A stretch of DNA of 45,011 bases from Escherichia phage JLBYU37: sequence record NC_073054.1, one strand, 5' to 3'. Positions 1-9,323 of this stretch are shown here, piece by piece. The notes beneath the pieces were generated by a model. That model did no database searches, had not been told where the DNA came from, and saw only the letters and a program-made list of their open reading frames with translations. Positions within the stretch are counted from its first letter, which is position 1; each line of letters begins with the position of its first letter. A program made the position numbers and the translations under genes.

Positions 1-90
1 CCGCTTAGGCGCAACCAAGTAGATTAGCAACCAAGCCGAACGGGGTGGCTCATAATAACCCCGATACATGTGAAAATGAGGAATTGGAAA

Positions 91-873
91 ATGGCTAAAG
101 TCAACCTGAAAAATGTGCGCGTATGTTTCCTTAAAATTTGGGAACGTGATACCCCTAAACAGGATGGACAAAAACCGGCATACCGTGCAGTGATTCTCCT
201 TGATAAAGAAGATCCGCAGGTGGACAAAGTGGAAGCGGCAGCGCGCGCAGTGCTCACCGACAAGCTGAAATCCGAGAAGAATGCTGATAAGTGGATGGAC
301 CGCCACTACGCCCAGGATTCTAAGGAATGCGCAGTTCGCGACGGTGACGAGCGCGACGAAGTAACCGAAGAATTCGAAGGCATGTTGTACATAAACGCCA
401 AATCGTTCAAACAGCCGATCATTCAAACGTCACTCGGCGAGAAGCAGACTGAACAAGGTCTGACCATCAACGGCGACGAGATTGAAGGCCAGGAGATCTA
501 CTCTGGTTGTTATTGCAACGTGTCCCTTGATATTTGGGCGTGGAACAATACCAACGGTAAAGGACTCGGTGCTGGCTTGCTGGGTCTGCGATTCCGTGAT
601 GACGGTGAAGCCTTCGGCGGTGGCGGGTCTTCTTGCTCCGATGAAGACCTGGACAACGACGACGAAGACGAAGCACCGCGCAAGGCTAAGAAGTCAAAAC
701 GTCGTGATGACGATGATGAAGATGACAAGCCGCGCAAGTCCAAAAAGTCCAAGCGCCGCGATGACGACGACGATGAGGAAGATGAAAAACCTCGCAAACG
801 TCGTAAGCCACGCGATGACGAAGATGAGGACGACGACGAAGACGAAGCGCCACGTAAACGTCGCCGCCGTTAA
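91..873 (+). CDS. phage ssDNA-binding-like replication protein (DUF2815-type) with an alternating acidic/basic low-complexity C-terminal tail
   Basis: Track ORF 70-873; likely true start ATG 91 with GAGGA 8 nt upstream. C-terminus carries repeated D/E runs followed by PRK(A/S)KKSKRR blocks. Sits first in the polymerase/helicase module. Confidence 0.6.
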   Translation: MAKVNLKNVRVCFLKIWERDTPKQDGQKPAYRAVILLDKEDPQVDKVEAAARAVLTDKLKSEKNADKWMDRHYAQDSKECAVRDGDERDEVTEEFEGMLYINAKSFKQPIIQTSLGEKQTEQGLTINGDEIEGQEIYSGCYCNVSLDIWAWNNTNGKGLGAGLLGLRFRDDGEAFGGGGSSCSDEDLDNDDEDEAPRKAKKSKRRDDDDEDDKPRKSKKSKRRDDDDDEEDEKPRKRRKPRDDEDEDDDEDEAPRKRRRR

Positions 874-892
874 GGGCAAAGCCCACTATTCA

Positions 893-916
893 AGCCCGCT
901 TAATGCGGGCTTTTTA
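893..916 (+). terminator. rho-independent terminator after the SSB-like gene
   Basis: Hairpin AGCCCGC-ttaat-GCGGGCT followed by TTTTT. Confidence 0.6.
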
Positions 917-931
917 ATAGGACAATGAAAA

Positions 932-1102
932 ATGCGTATTAAAGCCAGCGAAGTAAAAGTCGGAATGCAGGTATGGTCCAAATTGCTGGGCGAGTATTTC
1001 ACAGTTGCCGAGATTCGCAACAATGGAGAAGAGATCGCCCTGTCCGACGGCATCTTCTCCATGATCGGCAGCGCTGACGCCGTAGTGAGGATAAAGCAAT
1101 GA
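932..1102 (+). CDS. small hypothetical protein (56 aa)
   Basis: ATG 932 with AGGA upstream; translation MRIKASEVKVGMQVW...VVRIKQ; stop TGA overlaps polymerase ATG (ATGA coupling). Below the 60 aa track threshold. Confidence 0.4.
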   Translation: MRIKASEVKVGMQVWSKLLGEYFTVAEIRNNGEEIALSDGIFSMIGSADAVVRIKQ

Positions 1103-3390
1103 AAGACTTCGAACGCCTGTTTCTCGACACCGAGACATTCAGCGGGGTTGACCTGAAGAAAGTAGGGGCGTACGCCTACGCAGAGCACCCAACCACCGAG
1201 ATCATGATTTGCACCTACGCCATCGACGAAGGCCGCGTGCAGACATGGGATGCCACTGAATCACCAACAATGCCGCGTGAACTGCGCAAGGCGCTCCGTC
1301 AGGTATCCCGCAAGAAAGCAAAAATCGTGATGGCTAACGGCCTCCTGTTTGACCGCCTGGTTATCCGTGAAAAGTGGGGAATCGACCTGCCGGTAAGCCA
1401 GATCGAAGATACCATGATTATGGCCTTTCGGCACGCGCTGCCGGGCAGCCTCGATATGCAGTGTCAGGTGCTGGGCGTTGACGCAGAGCACGCGAAGGAT
1501 AAGGCAGGCAAGGCGCTGATTAAACGATTCTGCAAGCCTACCCCTAAGACTTACAAAATCCGCCGCTACACTCGCGAGACTCACCCTGAAGAATGGGCCA
1601 AATTTCTGCGATATGCCGCGCTGGATATTATCGCGATGCGGGAGGTCTACTGGCGCATACCGGACTGGGGTAATACCCCGAAGGAAGATGAAATCCTGCT
1701 TATCGACCAGTTGATCAATGACCGCGGCTTCTATGTGGACGTTGACCTGGCGAACGCCGCGATCAAAGCGGTGCAGGCGCATAAGGAAGAATTGAAGGAG
1801 GAAGCCTGGGAGCGATTTGGCGGTAAGCTGACCGGCAATGACTTCCTGCCAATCCTGCGTGATATCGCTCCGGCGTTCACGATCCACAACGCGCAGAAGT
1901 CCACGCTTAACGACCTGCTTGAAGACCCGGACTTCCCCGACGAAGGCAAAGCGCTTATAGAAATGCGCCTCGGAGCGTCATCAACGGCATCGACTAAGTA
2001 CAATCCGCTAGTTAACGGCTTATCCGCAGATGGTCGCCGCCGTGGGTGTCTTCAGTATGGAGGGGCAAAGCGCACGCTACGCTGGGCCGGTAAAGGCTTC
2101 CAGCCTCAAAACCTGGCACGCGGCGAGTATAGCGACGATCACGAAGGGAAGATTAAGCGCCGCGAAGGCGAGAGCGACGTTGCTTTTTGGGTCCGGTCGC
2201 ACATGCTCACCAACGGCATCAATTCCCTGCTACGCGGGACCGCACACTGGGCGTACGACATATCGAAGCTAACAGCCTCGACCGTTCGCGGGTGCATTAT
2301 CCCGGCTAAGGGCAAGAAGTTTGTCGTAGCGGACTACTCCAACGTGGAAGGGCGTGGCCTTGCCTGGATCGCGGGCGAGAAAACCGCGCTAATGGTGTTT
2401 AAGGCCGGTCGCGATATCTATTGTGAGACTGCCGGTAAGATGTTCGGCCTGGACCCGGACTACATTAAAGCTAACCGCAAGGACTTACGCCAGATCGGTA
2501 AGGCGTGCGAATTGGGGCTGGGCTATGGTGGCGGCGTCGCGGCGTTCTTGCAGTTCGCTAAAAACCTGGGCCTCGACCTTTACGCGATGGCGGACGTCAT
2601 GAAGGGCACATTCCCCGATCACATTTGGGCAGCGGCTAAACGGGGTTATGAGTACGCCCGCATTAACGAAGCGAAGCGACCGCCGAAGCCGGGCAAGAAG
2701 GACGAGCGCCCGACTTACATACTGCCGAAAAACGTATGGCTTACGTGTGATGCGATTAAACGCATGTGGCGAGAGGCGCACCCGAAGACGGTAGCCTTTT
2801 GGGCCGAGCTTGAGGACGCGGTGTTGTGTGCAATACGCAATCCGGGCAAAGCATACTGGGCTGGCGCTAACGTTCGCCCGGACGGTAGAAAAGCGCTCAA
2901 GATTGTCCGTACGAAGGCGAAGCACGACCCAACCTTTGACGAGGAGCGCGACGACCCGAACGCCGCGGGGTGGTGGTTGAAAATTGAGTTGCCGTCGGGG
3001 CGCATCATGAGTTACCCCGGCATCGCGCTGTCGGTCACGACCGAGATTGACGAAGACACCGGCAAGAAGCGCACCAGCACCCGCATTAAATATCAGGGCG
3101 AGAATCAGACGACGCGCCAGTGGGGATTCCAGTACACCTACGGCGGCAAACTGACGGAGAACATCGTACAGGCGTTGTGCCGCGATATTCTCGCGTGGTC
3201 CATGCCTGGCGTTGAAGCTGCTGGCTATGAAATCGTTCTATCGGTGCATGATGAATTGATCACCGAAGTGCCGGACACCGACGACTACACGACCGAGGAG
3301 CTTTGCGCGCTGATGTGCGACCTGCCTATTTGGGCGAAAGGCTTCCCACTTGCCGCCGAAGGCGACATTATGTACAGGTACAGGAAGTAA
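1099..3390 (+). CDS. family A DNA polymerase with N-terminal 3'-5' exonuclease domain
   Basis: 763 aa. Exo I motif FLDTETFSG; PolA motif A DYSNVEGR, motif B RQIGKACELGLGYGGG, motif C VHDE. Confidence 0.9.
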   Translation: MKDFERLFLDTETFSGVDLKKVGAYAYAEHPTTEIMICTYAIDEGRVQTWDATESPTMPRELRKALRQVSRKKAKIVMANGLLFDRLVIREKWGIDLPVSQIEDTMIMAFRHALPGSLDMQCQVLGVDAEHAKDKAGKALIKRFCKPTPKTYKIRRYTRETHPEEWAKFLRYAALDIIAMREVYWRIPDWGNTPKEDEILLIDQLINDRGFYVDVDLANAAIKAVQAHKEELKEEAWERFGGKLTGNDFLPILRDIAPAFTIHNAQKSTLNDLLEDPDFPDEGKALIEMRLGASSTASTKYNPLVNGLSADGRRRGCLQYGGAKRTLRWAGKGFQPQNLARGEYSDDHEGKIKRREGESDVAFWVRSHMLTNGINSLLRGTAHWAYDISKLTASTVRGCIIPAKGKKFVVADYSNVEGRGLAWIAGEKTALMVFKAGRDIYCETAGKMFGLDPDYIKANRKDLRQIGKACELGLGYGGGVAAFLQFAKNLGLDLYAMADVMKGTFPDHIWAAAKRGYEYARINEAKRPPKPGKKDERPTYILPKNVWLTCDAIKRMWREAHPKTVAFWAELEDAVLCAIRNPGKAYWAGANVRPDGRKALKIVRTKAKHDPTFDEERDDPNAAGWWLKIELPSGRIMSYPGIALSVTTEIDEDTGKKRTSTRIKYQGENQTTRQWGFQYTYGGKLTENIVQALCRDILAWSMPGVEAAGYEIVLSVHDELITEVPDTDDYTTEELCALMCDLPIWAKGFPLAAEGDIMYRYRK

Positions 3391-3394
3391 GATT

Positions 3395-3586
3395 ATGAAA
3401 GCAGAAATGAGCATTATGCGCGCTGGCGCGGCGGAAAACGACGAGATTCGAATCGTCATTAGACTGGAACGTGGCAAGACCATTACGGCACTTGTCACGC
3501 CTGAAAACCTGGCGCTGGCGCTAACCGGTCGATCGGATATACCGGTAGACCTTCGTCTGCGTAACGTGGAATTGCAAACTAAATGA
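3395..3586 (+). CDS. small hypothetical protein (63 aa)
   Basis: ATG 3395 with AGGAAG upstream; same frame as track ORF 3350-3586; stop overlaps the next ATG (ATGA). Confidence 0.4.
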   Translation: MKAEMSIMRAGAAENDEIRIVIRLERGKTITALVTPENLALALTGRSDIPVDLRLRNVELQTK

Positions 3587-3861
3587 CACCAGAAGGCAAG
3601 ATTCAAAGTCACCTGATGAGACGGGTGAAAGATGTTGGCGGATTCTGCCGCAAACTGGCATGGGAGGGGCGCGCAGGTGCGCCCGATCTGATTATCATCA
3701 TCAACGGCAAAATAGTGTTCGTCGAAGTGAAGCGCCCCGGAGGAAAACCGAAGCCGCACCAGGTACGTGAACATGAGCGGATGGCCCGCCGCGGCGCTGA
3801 CGTTCGCGTTATAGACAACATCGCCGACTGTGATTTATTGGTTGCTGAATTGGTCGCATAG
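3583..3861 (+). CDS. VRR-NUC family nuclease
   Basis: 92 aa; PD-(D/E)XK-type core DLIII...VFVEVKRPGG typical of VRR-NUC. Confidence 0.75.
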   Translation: MTPEGKIQSHLMRRVKDVGGFCRKLAWEGRAGAPDLIIIINGKIVFVEVKRPGGKPKPHQVREHERMARRGADVRVIDNIADCDLLVAELVA

Positions 3862-3901
3862 CGGTATAGTGTGCCGGTTAGCCATATCGAGGATTTTAGA
3901 G

Positions 3902-4075
3902 ATGATTGAAGAAAAACGTTGTAGTAATTGCGGATGTGTCAAGCCGCTATCCCAGTTCCACAAATACACCGGTAAGACTGCGCGAAGCCCGGACGGGTAT
4001 CGGGCTGAGTGCAAATCGTGCCGCAATAAGAAAGAGCGCGAACGGCAGCGCCGCTACCGTGCCGAACAAAAATAA
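3902..4075 (+). CDS. small zinc-ribbon protein
   Basis: MIEEKRCSNCGCVKPLSQFHK...DGYRAECKSCRNKKER: two CxxC pairs plus basic tail; ATG 3902 with GAGGA 8 nt upstream. Confidence 0.5.
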   Translation: MIEEKRCSNCGCVKPLSQFHKYTGKTARSPDGYRAECKSCRNKKERERQRRYRAEQK

Positions 4076-4082
4076 TTAATAC

Positions 4083-4106
4083 GGCGGGCTTGTCCCGCCA
4101 TTTTTG
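4083..4106 (+). terminator. candidate rho-independent terminator
   Basis: GGCGGG-cttgt-CCCGCC hairpin followed by ATTTTTG. Confidence 0.4.
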
Positions 4107-4118
4107 GGAGACATGACG

Positions 4119-4337
4119 ATGAAAGAACACTACCGACTCACCAAGCTGGGCGAATGTAAACCGGGCGATCGCGTATGGTTTATCGCGGGCATGAATGATC
4201 CGCTGCCGTTGACGGTGTGCTGGCAAAAATTTAAGAGCTTCCGGGCTACCGGTGTGCACATCGGACACGCCACCAACTACGACGCCACAAAAAGGAACTG
4301 GAACAGTGAAACAGAAGTCTGGAAAAAGGCGGAATAA
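4119..4337 (+). CDS. hypothetical protein (72 aa)
   Basis: GGGAG RBS then ATG 4119 (alternative ATG 4113); no recognisable motifs. Confidence 0.45.
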   Translation: MKEHYRLTKLGECKPGDRVWFIAGMNDPLPLTVCWQKFKSFRATGVHIGHATNYDATKRNWNSETEVWKKAE

Positions 4338-4341
4338 AGAT

Positions 4342-5766
4342 ATGGCACGTTTCCGACGTCGCGAATATCAGAAGTTGATAACCGCGTTCATCCTCAAGCA
4401 TAAGCGCTGCAATATTTGGGCGACAATGGGGTCGGGTAAAACCGGCGCGACCATGTGGGCGCTGAATAAAATGTTCCAGACTGGCATCCTGTCCGACCAG
4501 GATGACCGCGTACTGGTGCTGGCCCCGCTGCGCGTTGCGTCCGGTACATGGCCCCCGGAACAGGAGAAATGGCGCTTCCCAGCCTTGCTGGTAGTAGACG
4601 GCACTGGGCCAGAGAAGGACCGCATCGCTGCGCTTGAGAGCGACGCTAACGTGGTTTGTATTAACTATGATGTAGTTGAGTGGCTTGTTGAGTATTGCGG
4701 CGACGAGTGGCCCTTTACGGTCGTGGTTGCCGATGAATCCACTAAGCTGAAAGGCTATAGAAGCAAGCAGGGAAGTAAGCGCGCCCGTGCGCTGGCAGCG
4801 ATCGCACATAAGCACGTCAAGCGCTGGATTAACCTGACTGGCACACCCGCACCAAACGGACTGAAAGACCTGTGGGGTCAGACGTGGTTTGTCGACGGTG
4901 GCGAACGCCTCGGCAGTAGTTATAAGGCATTCACAGACCGCTGGTTTATTAGCAAGCCGGTTAAGCCTGGCAGCTTCACGACGCAGCACGCCCCGCTTAA
5001 GAACTCCGAGAAAGAAATACAACAACGACTGTCCGACGTGTCGCTAACCGTTGATGCGGCTGAATACTTCGGGTGTGACAAGCCAATCTATACGCCGGTT
5101 GTTGTGGACCTGCCGAAAAAAGCACGCAAGATTTATGACCAATTCGAAGCGGAGCTATTTGCCGAACTGGAAAGCGGAACGGTGGAGGCGGCGAACGCTG
5201 CTTCGAAGACTATTAAGGGCCTTCAGCTTGCTTCCGGGGCCGTGTATAAGGTCGACGAAGACGGCGAGCGCACCGACGAATGGGTGAAAATTCACGACGC
5301 TAAACTGGACGCGCTGGAAAGTATCGTGGAGGAGTTGAACGGCGCACCGTTGCTCGTTGCCTACCAGTACAAGCATGATCTGGCACGTCTCAAGAAGAAA
5401 TTCCCGCACGGCGTTGCGTTGGGTAAAGGTAAGCAGGGCAATAAGGATATGGAAGCGTGGAACAGGGGCGAGATCCCCATCATGTTTGCACACCCGGCAT
5501 CGGCAGGTCACGGCCTTAACTTGCAGGATGGAGGACACCACCTTGCTATCTTTTCCGACACCTGGAACTATGAGCACTTTGCGCAGATCGTGGAGCGTAT
5601 CGGGCCTGTCCGCCAGATGCAAGCCGGGCACCCTCGTCCAGTATTCGTCTACATTATCCAGGCGCGCGGCACACTGGATGAACTGGTCGCCGAACGTCGC
5701 GACAGCAAGCGTGATATTCAGGACGACTTGATGGAATACATGAAAGCTAAAAAGGCGCGCAAATGA
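4342..5766 (+). CDS. SNF2/DEAD-like superfamily 2 helicase
   Basis: Track ORF 4252-5766; likely start ATG 4342 (MARFRRREYQ) with AGGCGGA RBS. Walker A-like MGSGKTG, motif II ADEST, C-terminal helicase domain. Confidence 0.85.
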   Translation: MARFRRREYQKLITAFILKHKRCNIWATMGSGKTGATMWALNKMFQTGILSDQDDRVLVLAPLRVASGTWPPEQEKWRFPALLVVDGTGPEKDRIAALESDANVVCINYDVVEWLVEYCGDEWPFTVVVADESTKLKGYRSKQGSKRARALAAIAHKHVKRWINLTGTPAPNGLKDLWGQTWFVDGGERLGSSYKAFTDRWFISKPVKPGSFTTQHAPLKNSEKEIQQRLSDVSLTVDAAEYFGCDKPIYTPVVVDLPKKARKIYDQFEAELFAELESGTVEAANAASKTIKGLQLASGAVYKVDEDGERTDEWVKIHDAKLDALESIVEELNGAPLLVAYQYKHDLARLKKKFPHGVALGKGKQGNKDMEAWNRGEIPIMFAHPASAGHGLNLQDGGHHLAIFSDTWNYEHFAQIVERIGPVRQMQAGHPRPVFVYIIQARGTLDELVAERRDSKRDIQDDLMEYMKAKKARK

Positions 5767-6458
5767 TAATCTGGTCATTGTTTGACGGCAGCGGCTTGAT
5801 GATTGAGCGTGCTGCCGAGATGGGGCATAAGTGCTACTGTTTTAACTACTCCGAAGCTGATCACGGGTCATACCTTGACTACCGGATTTATGGTCGCGGG
5901 ATCCGGTATCGCAATGAGTTTATCGATCTGGACTTCGTGGACCGAGCGATGAATGGCGATTTCGGTACGCCGGATATCATTTATGCTTTCCCCCCGTGTA
6001 CGGATCTGGCAGTGAGCGGCGCGCCAGCTTTCCCGCGCAAGCGTGCTAAAGACCCGGCCTTCCAGCTTAAGGCGGTGCGCACCGCGAAGATCGCAGCTTA
6101 CCTGGGTGACTTCTTCGAAGTGCCGTATATGATTGAGAATCCGCGCAGTGTGCTTTCCACACAGTGGCGTAAGCCAGACCACTCGTTTGATCCGTGGGAG
6201 TATGGCGGCTATCTGCCGGAGGATGACGTGCACCCGTTGTTCCCGGAATACATCAACGCGCGCGATTCATATCCGAAGCGGACCTGCTTATGGACCGGCA
6301 ACGGCTTTCGTATGCCAGAGAAAAAGCCTGTATTCGTTGAAAAAGGGTACTCGAAGCAGTATAGTCGCCTCGGAGGCAAATCAGCCCGCACAAAATTAAT
6401 CCGGTCGCTCACTCCGCGCGGCTTCGCGATAGCGGTTAACGAGGAAAATTTAAAATGA
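5763..6458 (+). CDS. short C5-cytosine DNA methyltransferase-like protein
   Basis: 231 aa; motif I FDGSG, motif IV FPPCTDLAVSG (PC dipeptide), ENP near motif VI; too short for a normal target-recognition domain. ATGA overlap with the helicase stop. Confidence 0.55.
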   Translation: MIIWSLFDGSGLMIERAAEMGHKCYCFNYSEADHGSYLDYRIYGRGIRYRNEFIDLDFVDRAMNGDFGTPDIIYAFPPCTDLAVSGAPAFPRKRAKDPAFQLKAVRTAKIAAYLGDFFEVPYMIENPRSVLSTQWRKPDHSFDPWEYGGYLPEDDVHPLFPEYINARDSYPKRTCLWTGNGFRMPEKKPVFVEKGYSKQYSRLGGKSARTKLIRSLTPRGFAIAVNEENLK

Positions 6459-6772
6459 CATTCGAAGCCATCGATTTTTCGGTTGCAATGACTAACCAGT
6501 TATTCTCCTACGACAGCAAAACCGGCGTCATTCGTCTGAAGTCCACCGGCTGCAAAATTGGCAACCTCAATACCGCCGATGGCGGAACACGTATCGAATA
6601 CAACGGCAAGACGCTGTCTGGCGCACGCGTGGCGTGGATTATTGAGACGGGCAATACAATCCCTCCAGGCTTCGCAGTTGTGTGCCGCCAGCGCACTCCA
6701 GGGCACTACGGCAACCGCATAAGCAACCTTTACCTGGTAGACGTCGCACGCGACCCGAACTTTTATGCGTAA
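6455..6772 (+). CDS. HNH_3-like protein with degenerate catalytic residues
   Basis: 105 aa; FSYDSKTGVIRL...YNGKTLSGARVAWIIETGNTIPPGF...NLYLV matches HNH_3 architecture but the HNH histidines are replaced (VVCRQRTPGHYGNRISNLYL). Confidence 0.5.
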   Translation: MTFEAIDFSVAMTNQLFSYDSKTGVIRLKSTGCKIGNLNTADGGTRIEYNGKTLSGARVAWIIETGNTIPPGFAVVCRQRTPGHYGNRISNLYLVDVARDPNFYA

Positions 6773-6773
6773 A

Positions 6774-6805
6774 TTGGTTGCATAATCATATTGGTTGCAC
6801 TATCT
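6774..6805 (+). promoter_or_regulatory. sigma70-like promoter built on two direct TTGGTTGCA copies
   Basis: TTGGTTGCA at 6774-6782 and 6791-6799; TTGCAT (6777-6782) N17 TATCTT (6800-6805). Feeds gene 6856. Confidence 0.45.
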
Positions 6806-6808
6806 TAA

Positions 6809-6838
6809 GGGTGTCCGGTTTGGACGCCCTTTTTTTTT
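6809..6838 (+). terminator. rho-independent terminator
   Basis: GGGTGTCC-ggtt-GGACGCCC hairpin followed by nine T. Confidence 0.7.
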
Positions 6839-6855
6839 AATATGAGGATTTGACG

Positions 6856-7098
6856 ATGAAACGATTCTTTTTAGATTACGACGGTGATTTGCGGTTATGG
6901 GTGTGCATGGTGCTGTTCTTATTCTTTTGTCTCCTGCTGCCGATTTCCTGCACGTATAACCTCGATAAATATGAATGCCGTATTGTCTACGCAGAACTAA
7001 CAGGTCGTAACACCCAGTGGCGCTATGGCACTTGCTGGGTTGAAATGGATGGCAAATTTATACCACGCAAAGAAATTCGCATGACGGAGATTAAATAA
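6856..7098 (+). CDS. small cysteine-containing membrane/secreted protein (80 aa)
   Basis: ATG 6856 with GAGGA 8 nt upstream; hydrophobic segment LWVCMVLFLFFCLLLPISC; four Cys. Confidence 0.5.
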   Translation: MKRFFLDYDGDLRLWVCMVLFLFFCLLLPISCTYNLDKYECRIVYAELTGRNTQWRYGTCWVEMDGKFIPRKEIRMTEIK

Positions 7099-7556
7099 TG
7101 AAAATTTTACAAGAAGAGAAAGCGTATTGGGTAGCACAGTGTCTTGAAGCCCGCGAGAAAGCGGAAGGAGCTACCGCGCTGGCAAATACCTACCTGGCTA
7201 GCTATGAAGAAGAAGAGAAGGTCCGAAAGGAATTAGAGGAACGCTTCGAACTGCTGGGCGAACTGATTACCATTATGCAGCGCACCGGATACACAACATC
7301 CGTATCGCTCACCCGGCTAACTGCCGATGGTCTGCGTGAGCATTGCAAACGTGCCGAGGAGTACGTCCGTCCGAAGGGCAGCCAGTCTTCGATCCCGCGG
7401 AAAGGACTGGTGCGTATAGCGTGGCGTGCAAACGGCAGCTACTATTCCGATAGCCGACCGCTCAGTAGGGCGGAGCTATCCCGAGTCCAACGCGTGCTAT
7501 CCGGTGGCAAGAAAACCGCCCTGTATGCGATAGATCCCGACTATGACGGAGAATGA
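7098..7556 (+). CDS. hypothetical protein (152 aa)
   Basis: Start overlaps the previous stop (TAATG); N-terminal helical E/K-rich region; no recognised motif. Confidence 0.5.
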   Translation: MKILQEEKAYWVAQCLEAREKAEGATALANTYLASYEEEEKVRKELEERFELLGELITIMQRTGYTTSVSLTRLTADGLREHCKRAEEYVRPKGSQSSIPRKGLVRIAWRANGSYYSDSRPLSRAELSRVQRVLSGGKKTALYAIDPDYDGE

Positions 7557-8052
7557 GCAGAAGGATAGCTGGCGCACGCCGCCAGCTTTATTTAAGCCAC
7601 TGCGCAAGGCGTTTAAATTCCGCTACGACATGGCGGCGAGCGACCACAACCATCTATTACCGCGCTACTTCACGAAAGAGCACAGCGCGCTTGATGCTGA
7701 CTGGTCAGAGTTAACAGGGTGGAAGTGGTGCAATCCTCCGTATTCCGACCCGCTGCCGTGGGTGACTTGCGCATCGCGGGGGCGTAAGACGGTAATGTTG
7801 CTCAACCAGGATACGACCACGAAGTGGGCCAAACTGGCAAGGCAAACCGCCAACCTGATTATTTTGCTGGACTGGCGGATCCGGTTTATACACGCCGTCA
7901 CCGGTAAGGTCGGGCCGAGTAACAACAAGTGCCAGCAATTGATAATCTTTGAAGAAGTGCCGCCAAACGGAAGCGCACAAATCGAAATAATGAGCGAAGG
8001 TGAATTAAATGAATATCTTAGTCGTCGATCGAAGTCCTCGCGTTGTGGATGA
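7543..8052 (+). CDS. phage Dam-type N6-adenine DNA methyltransferase
   Basis: 169 aa; WRTPPALF N-terminus and catalytic CNPPYSD motif. Confidence 0.7.
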   Translation: MTENEQKDSWRTPPALFKPLRKAFKFRYDMAASDHNHLLPRYFTKEHSALDADWSELTGWKWCNPPYSDPLPWVTCASRGRKTVMLLNQDTTTKWAKLARQTANLIILLDWRIRFIHAVTGKVGPSNNKCQQLIIFEEVPPNGSAQIEIMSEGELNEYLSRRSKSSRCG

Positions 8053-8230
8053 AATAATTAAACGCTACCAGGTTTTCCCTGGAAATAAAGTAAGGCGCGC
8101 AAGCCAACCTCATCAATTGCTGGGCCTTGACCTAACTGGCTGGCTTGTCATGACGGCGCGTTGCCATCTTGTGTGCGACGCATTCTCGGCCCGTATTGTA
8201 CGTGAAAATTTAATGGCGGAATTAAAATGA
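8009..8230 (+). CDS. small hypothetical protein (73 aa)
   Basis: GAAGGTGA RBS 5 nt upstream of ATG 8009; overlaps the Dam 3' end; stop coupled to the next ATG (ATGA). Confidence 0.35.
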   Translation: MNILVVDRSPRVVDEIIKRYQVFPGNKVRRASQPHQLLGLDLTGWLVMTARCHLVCDAFSARIVRENLMAELK

Positions 8231-8697
8231 AACTACTGATTTGCGATTTGGATGGCGTTATTAACGGTTCAAGCGATGCGCGTGCCGACCTGGTGCCGGG
8301 GATAAAAACGAAATCAACCTTTTGGGTAAAGTGGCACAAAGCGCACGTTCGCGAAGACCTGAACATGGATATGCTGCCGCTACTGCGCATGTATCAAGAG
8401 CAAGGCTTCGAGATCGCGTATCTGACAAACCGGCAGCGCGAATGCTGGGACACCACCGCCGAGCAATTGGAAGTATTCCCCGTAGGGCGGTTGTTTATGC
8501 GCCACATGCTGGACGACACCCCGCCGCCAGAGTTTAAGGCGTGCGCCGTGTTCAAAATGGTCTGCTACGCGGACGTGTCAGAACTGGTCATCATTGAAGA
8601 CTGCCCGAAGAACATTGCAGCTATCCGTCGGGCGTGTAGCGATTTGGTCCCGAATATTTACGCAATAAACGTTGCGAAATTCACTTGCAACCAATAG
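8227..8697 (+). CDS. HAD-superfamily phosphatase-like protein
   Basis: 156 aa; N-terminal LICDLDGVIN resembles HAD motif I (DxDG). Confidence 0.5.
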   Translation: MKLLICDLDGVINGSSDARADLVPGIKTKSTFWVKWHKAHVREDLNMDMLPLLRMYQEQGFEIAYLTNRQRECWDTTAEQLEVFPVGRLFMRHMLDDTPPPEFKACAVFKMVCYADVSELVIIEDCPKNIAAIRRACSDLVPNIYAINVAKFTCNQ

Positions 8698-8714
8698 GTT
8701 GGTTGCACTATAGT
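8685..8714 (+). promoter_or_regulatory. palindromic operator TGCAACCAA-tagg-TTGGTTGCA overlapping a promoter
   Basis: Perfect 9-bp inverted repeat 8686-8694 / 8699-8707; TTGCAA (8685-8690) N18 TATAGT (8709-8714); upstream of gene 8760. Confidence 0.45.
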
Positions 8715-8759
8715 TAACGCGTCGGGGCGATATGGCCCCTAACTAAAAAGGACCACATA

Positions 8760-9281
8760 ATGAAAGCATACGAATACTGCAAAAACGCCGCCACCACTAT
8801 GGAACAGCGCGGAAAAGAAAACGGCTATGACAACGCGAAAGAGGAACGCAGCGCGAAACAAATTGCCGCCGTGTTTAACGCGCTTACCGGTCGCGACCTT
8901 ACCGAGCAAGAAGCCTGGACCTTCTTGATCTGCCTGAAGCTGGTGCGCCAGCACCGTAAGCACCAGGAAGACAATATCGTCGACCTGGTGGCGTATGCGG
9001 CCTTGCTGGGCGAGTCTTACATGACCGTGCATGATGAGATTCAGGTCGATACAACGGCAGCGCAATACGACAGCCTTAAAGGCTGGCCCATCGCCACCGG
9101 CGGAACGTGGCATCCTTCGTCATCGGCAGGCAAGACTGTCAAAGCCGCCAATTTCGGCGTAGCGGCCCAGGACGTCCAGCCTATGGTCGTGCTCACGGGC
9201 GAAGACGGATCGAAAATCCTCATGACGCCGGAAGATTTCCGCAACATGGAAAAAACACTGGTGACTGGCGCACTGAAATAA
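8760..9281 (+). CDS. hypothetical protein (173 aa) with a conserved phage alpha-helical N-terminal domain
   Basis: AAGGA RBS; signature IAAVFNALTGRDLTEQEAWTFLICLKLVRQ...DNIVDLVAYAAL recalled as a widespread phage domain, family not confirmed. Confidence 0.5.
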   Translation: MKAYEYCKNAATTMEQRGKENGYDNAKEERSAKQIAAVFNALTGRDLTEQEAWTFLICLKLVRQHRKHQEDNIVDLVAYAALLGESYMTVHDEIQVDTTAAQYDSLKGWPIATGGTWHPSSSAGKTVKAANFGVAAQDVQPMVVLTGEDGSKILMTPEDFRNMEKTLVTGALK

Positions 9282-9323
9282 TTCTAATCGCGGGCCGAAG
9301 CCCGCATCAATGAGGACCACACA

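Noticed and set aside
8760-9281. Assignment of this ORF to a specific nucleotide-pyrophosphohydrolase-associated domain family
   Set aside because: The resemblance rests on a recalled signature (LKL.R...D..AYA) only; without an HMM search the family name would be a guess, so it is reported as hypothetical.
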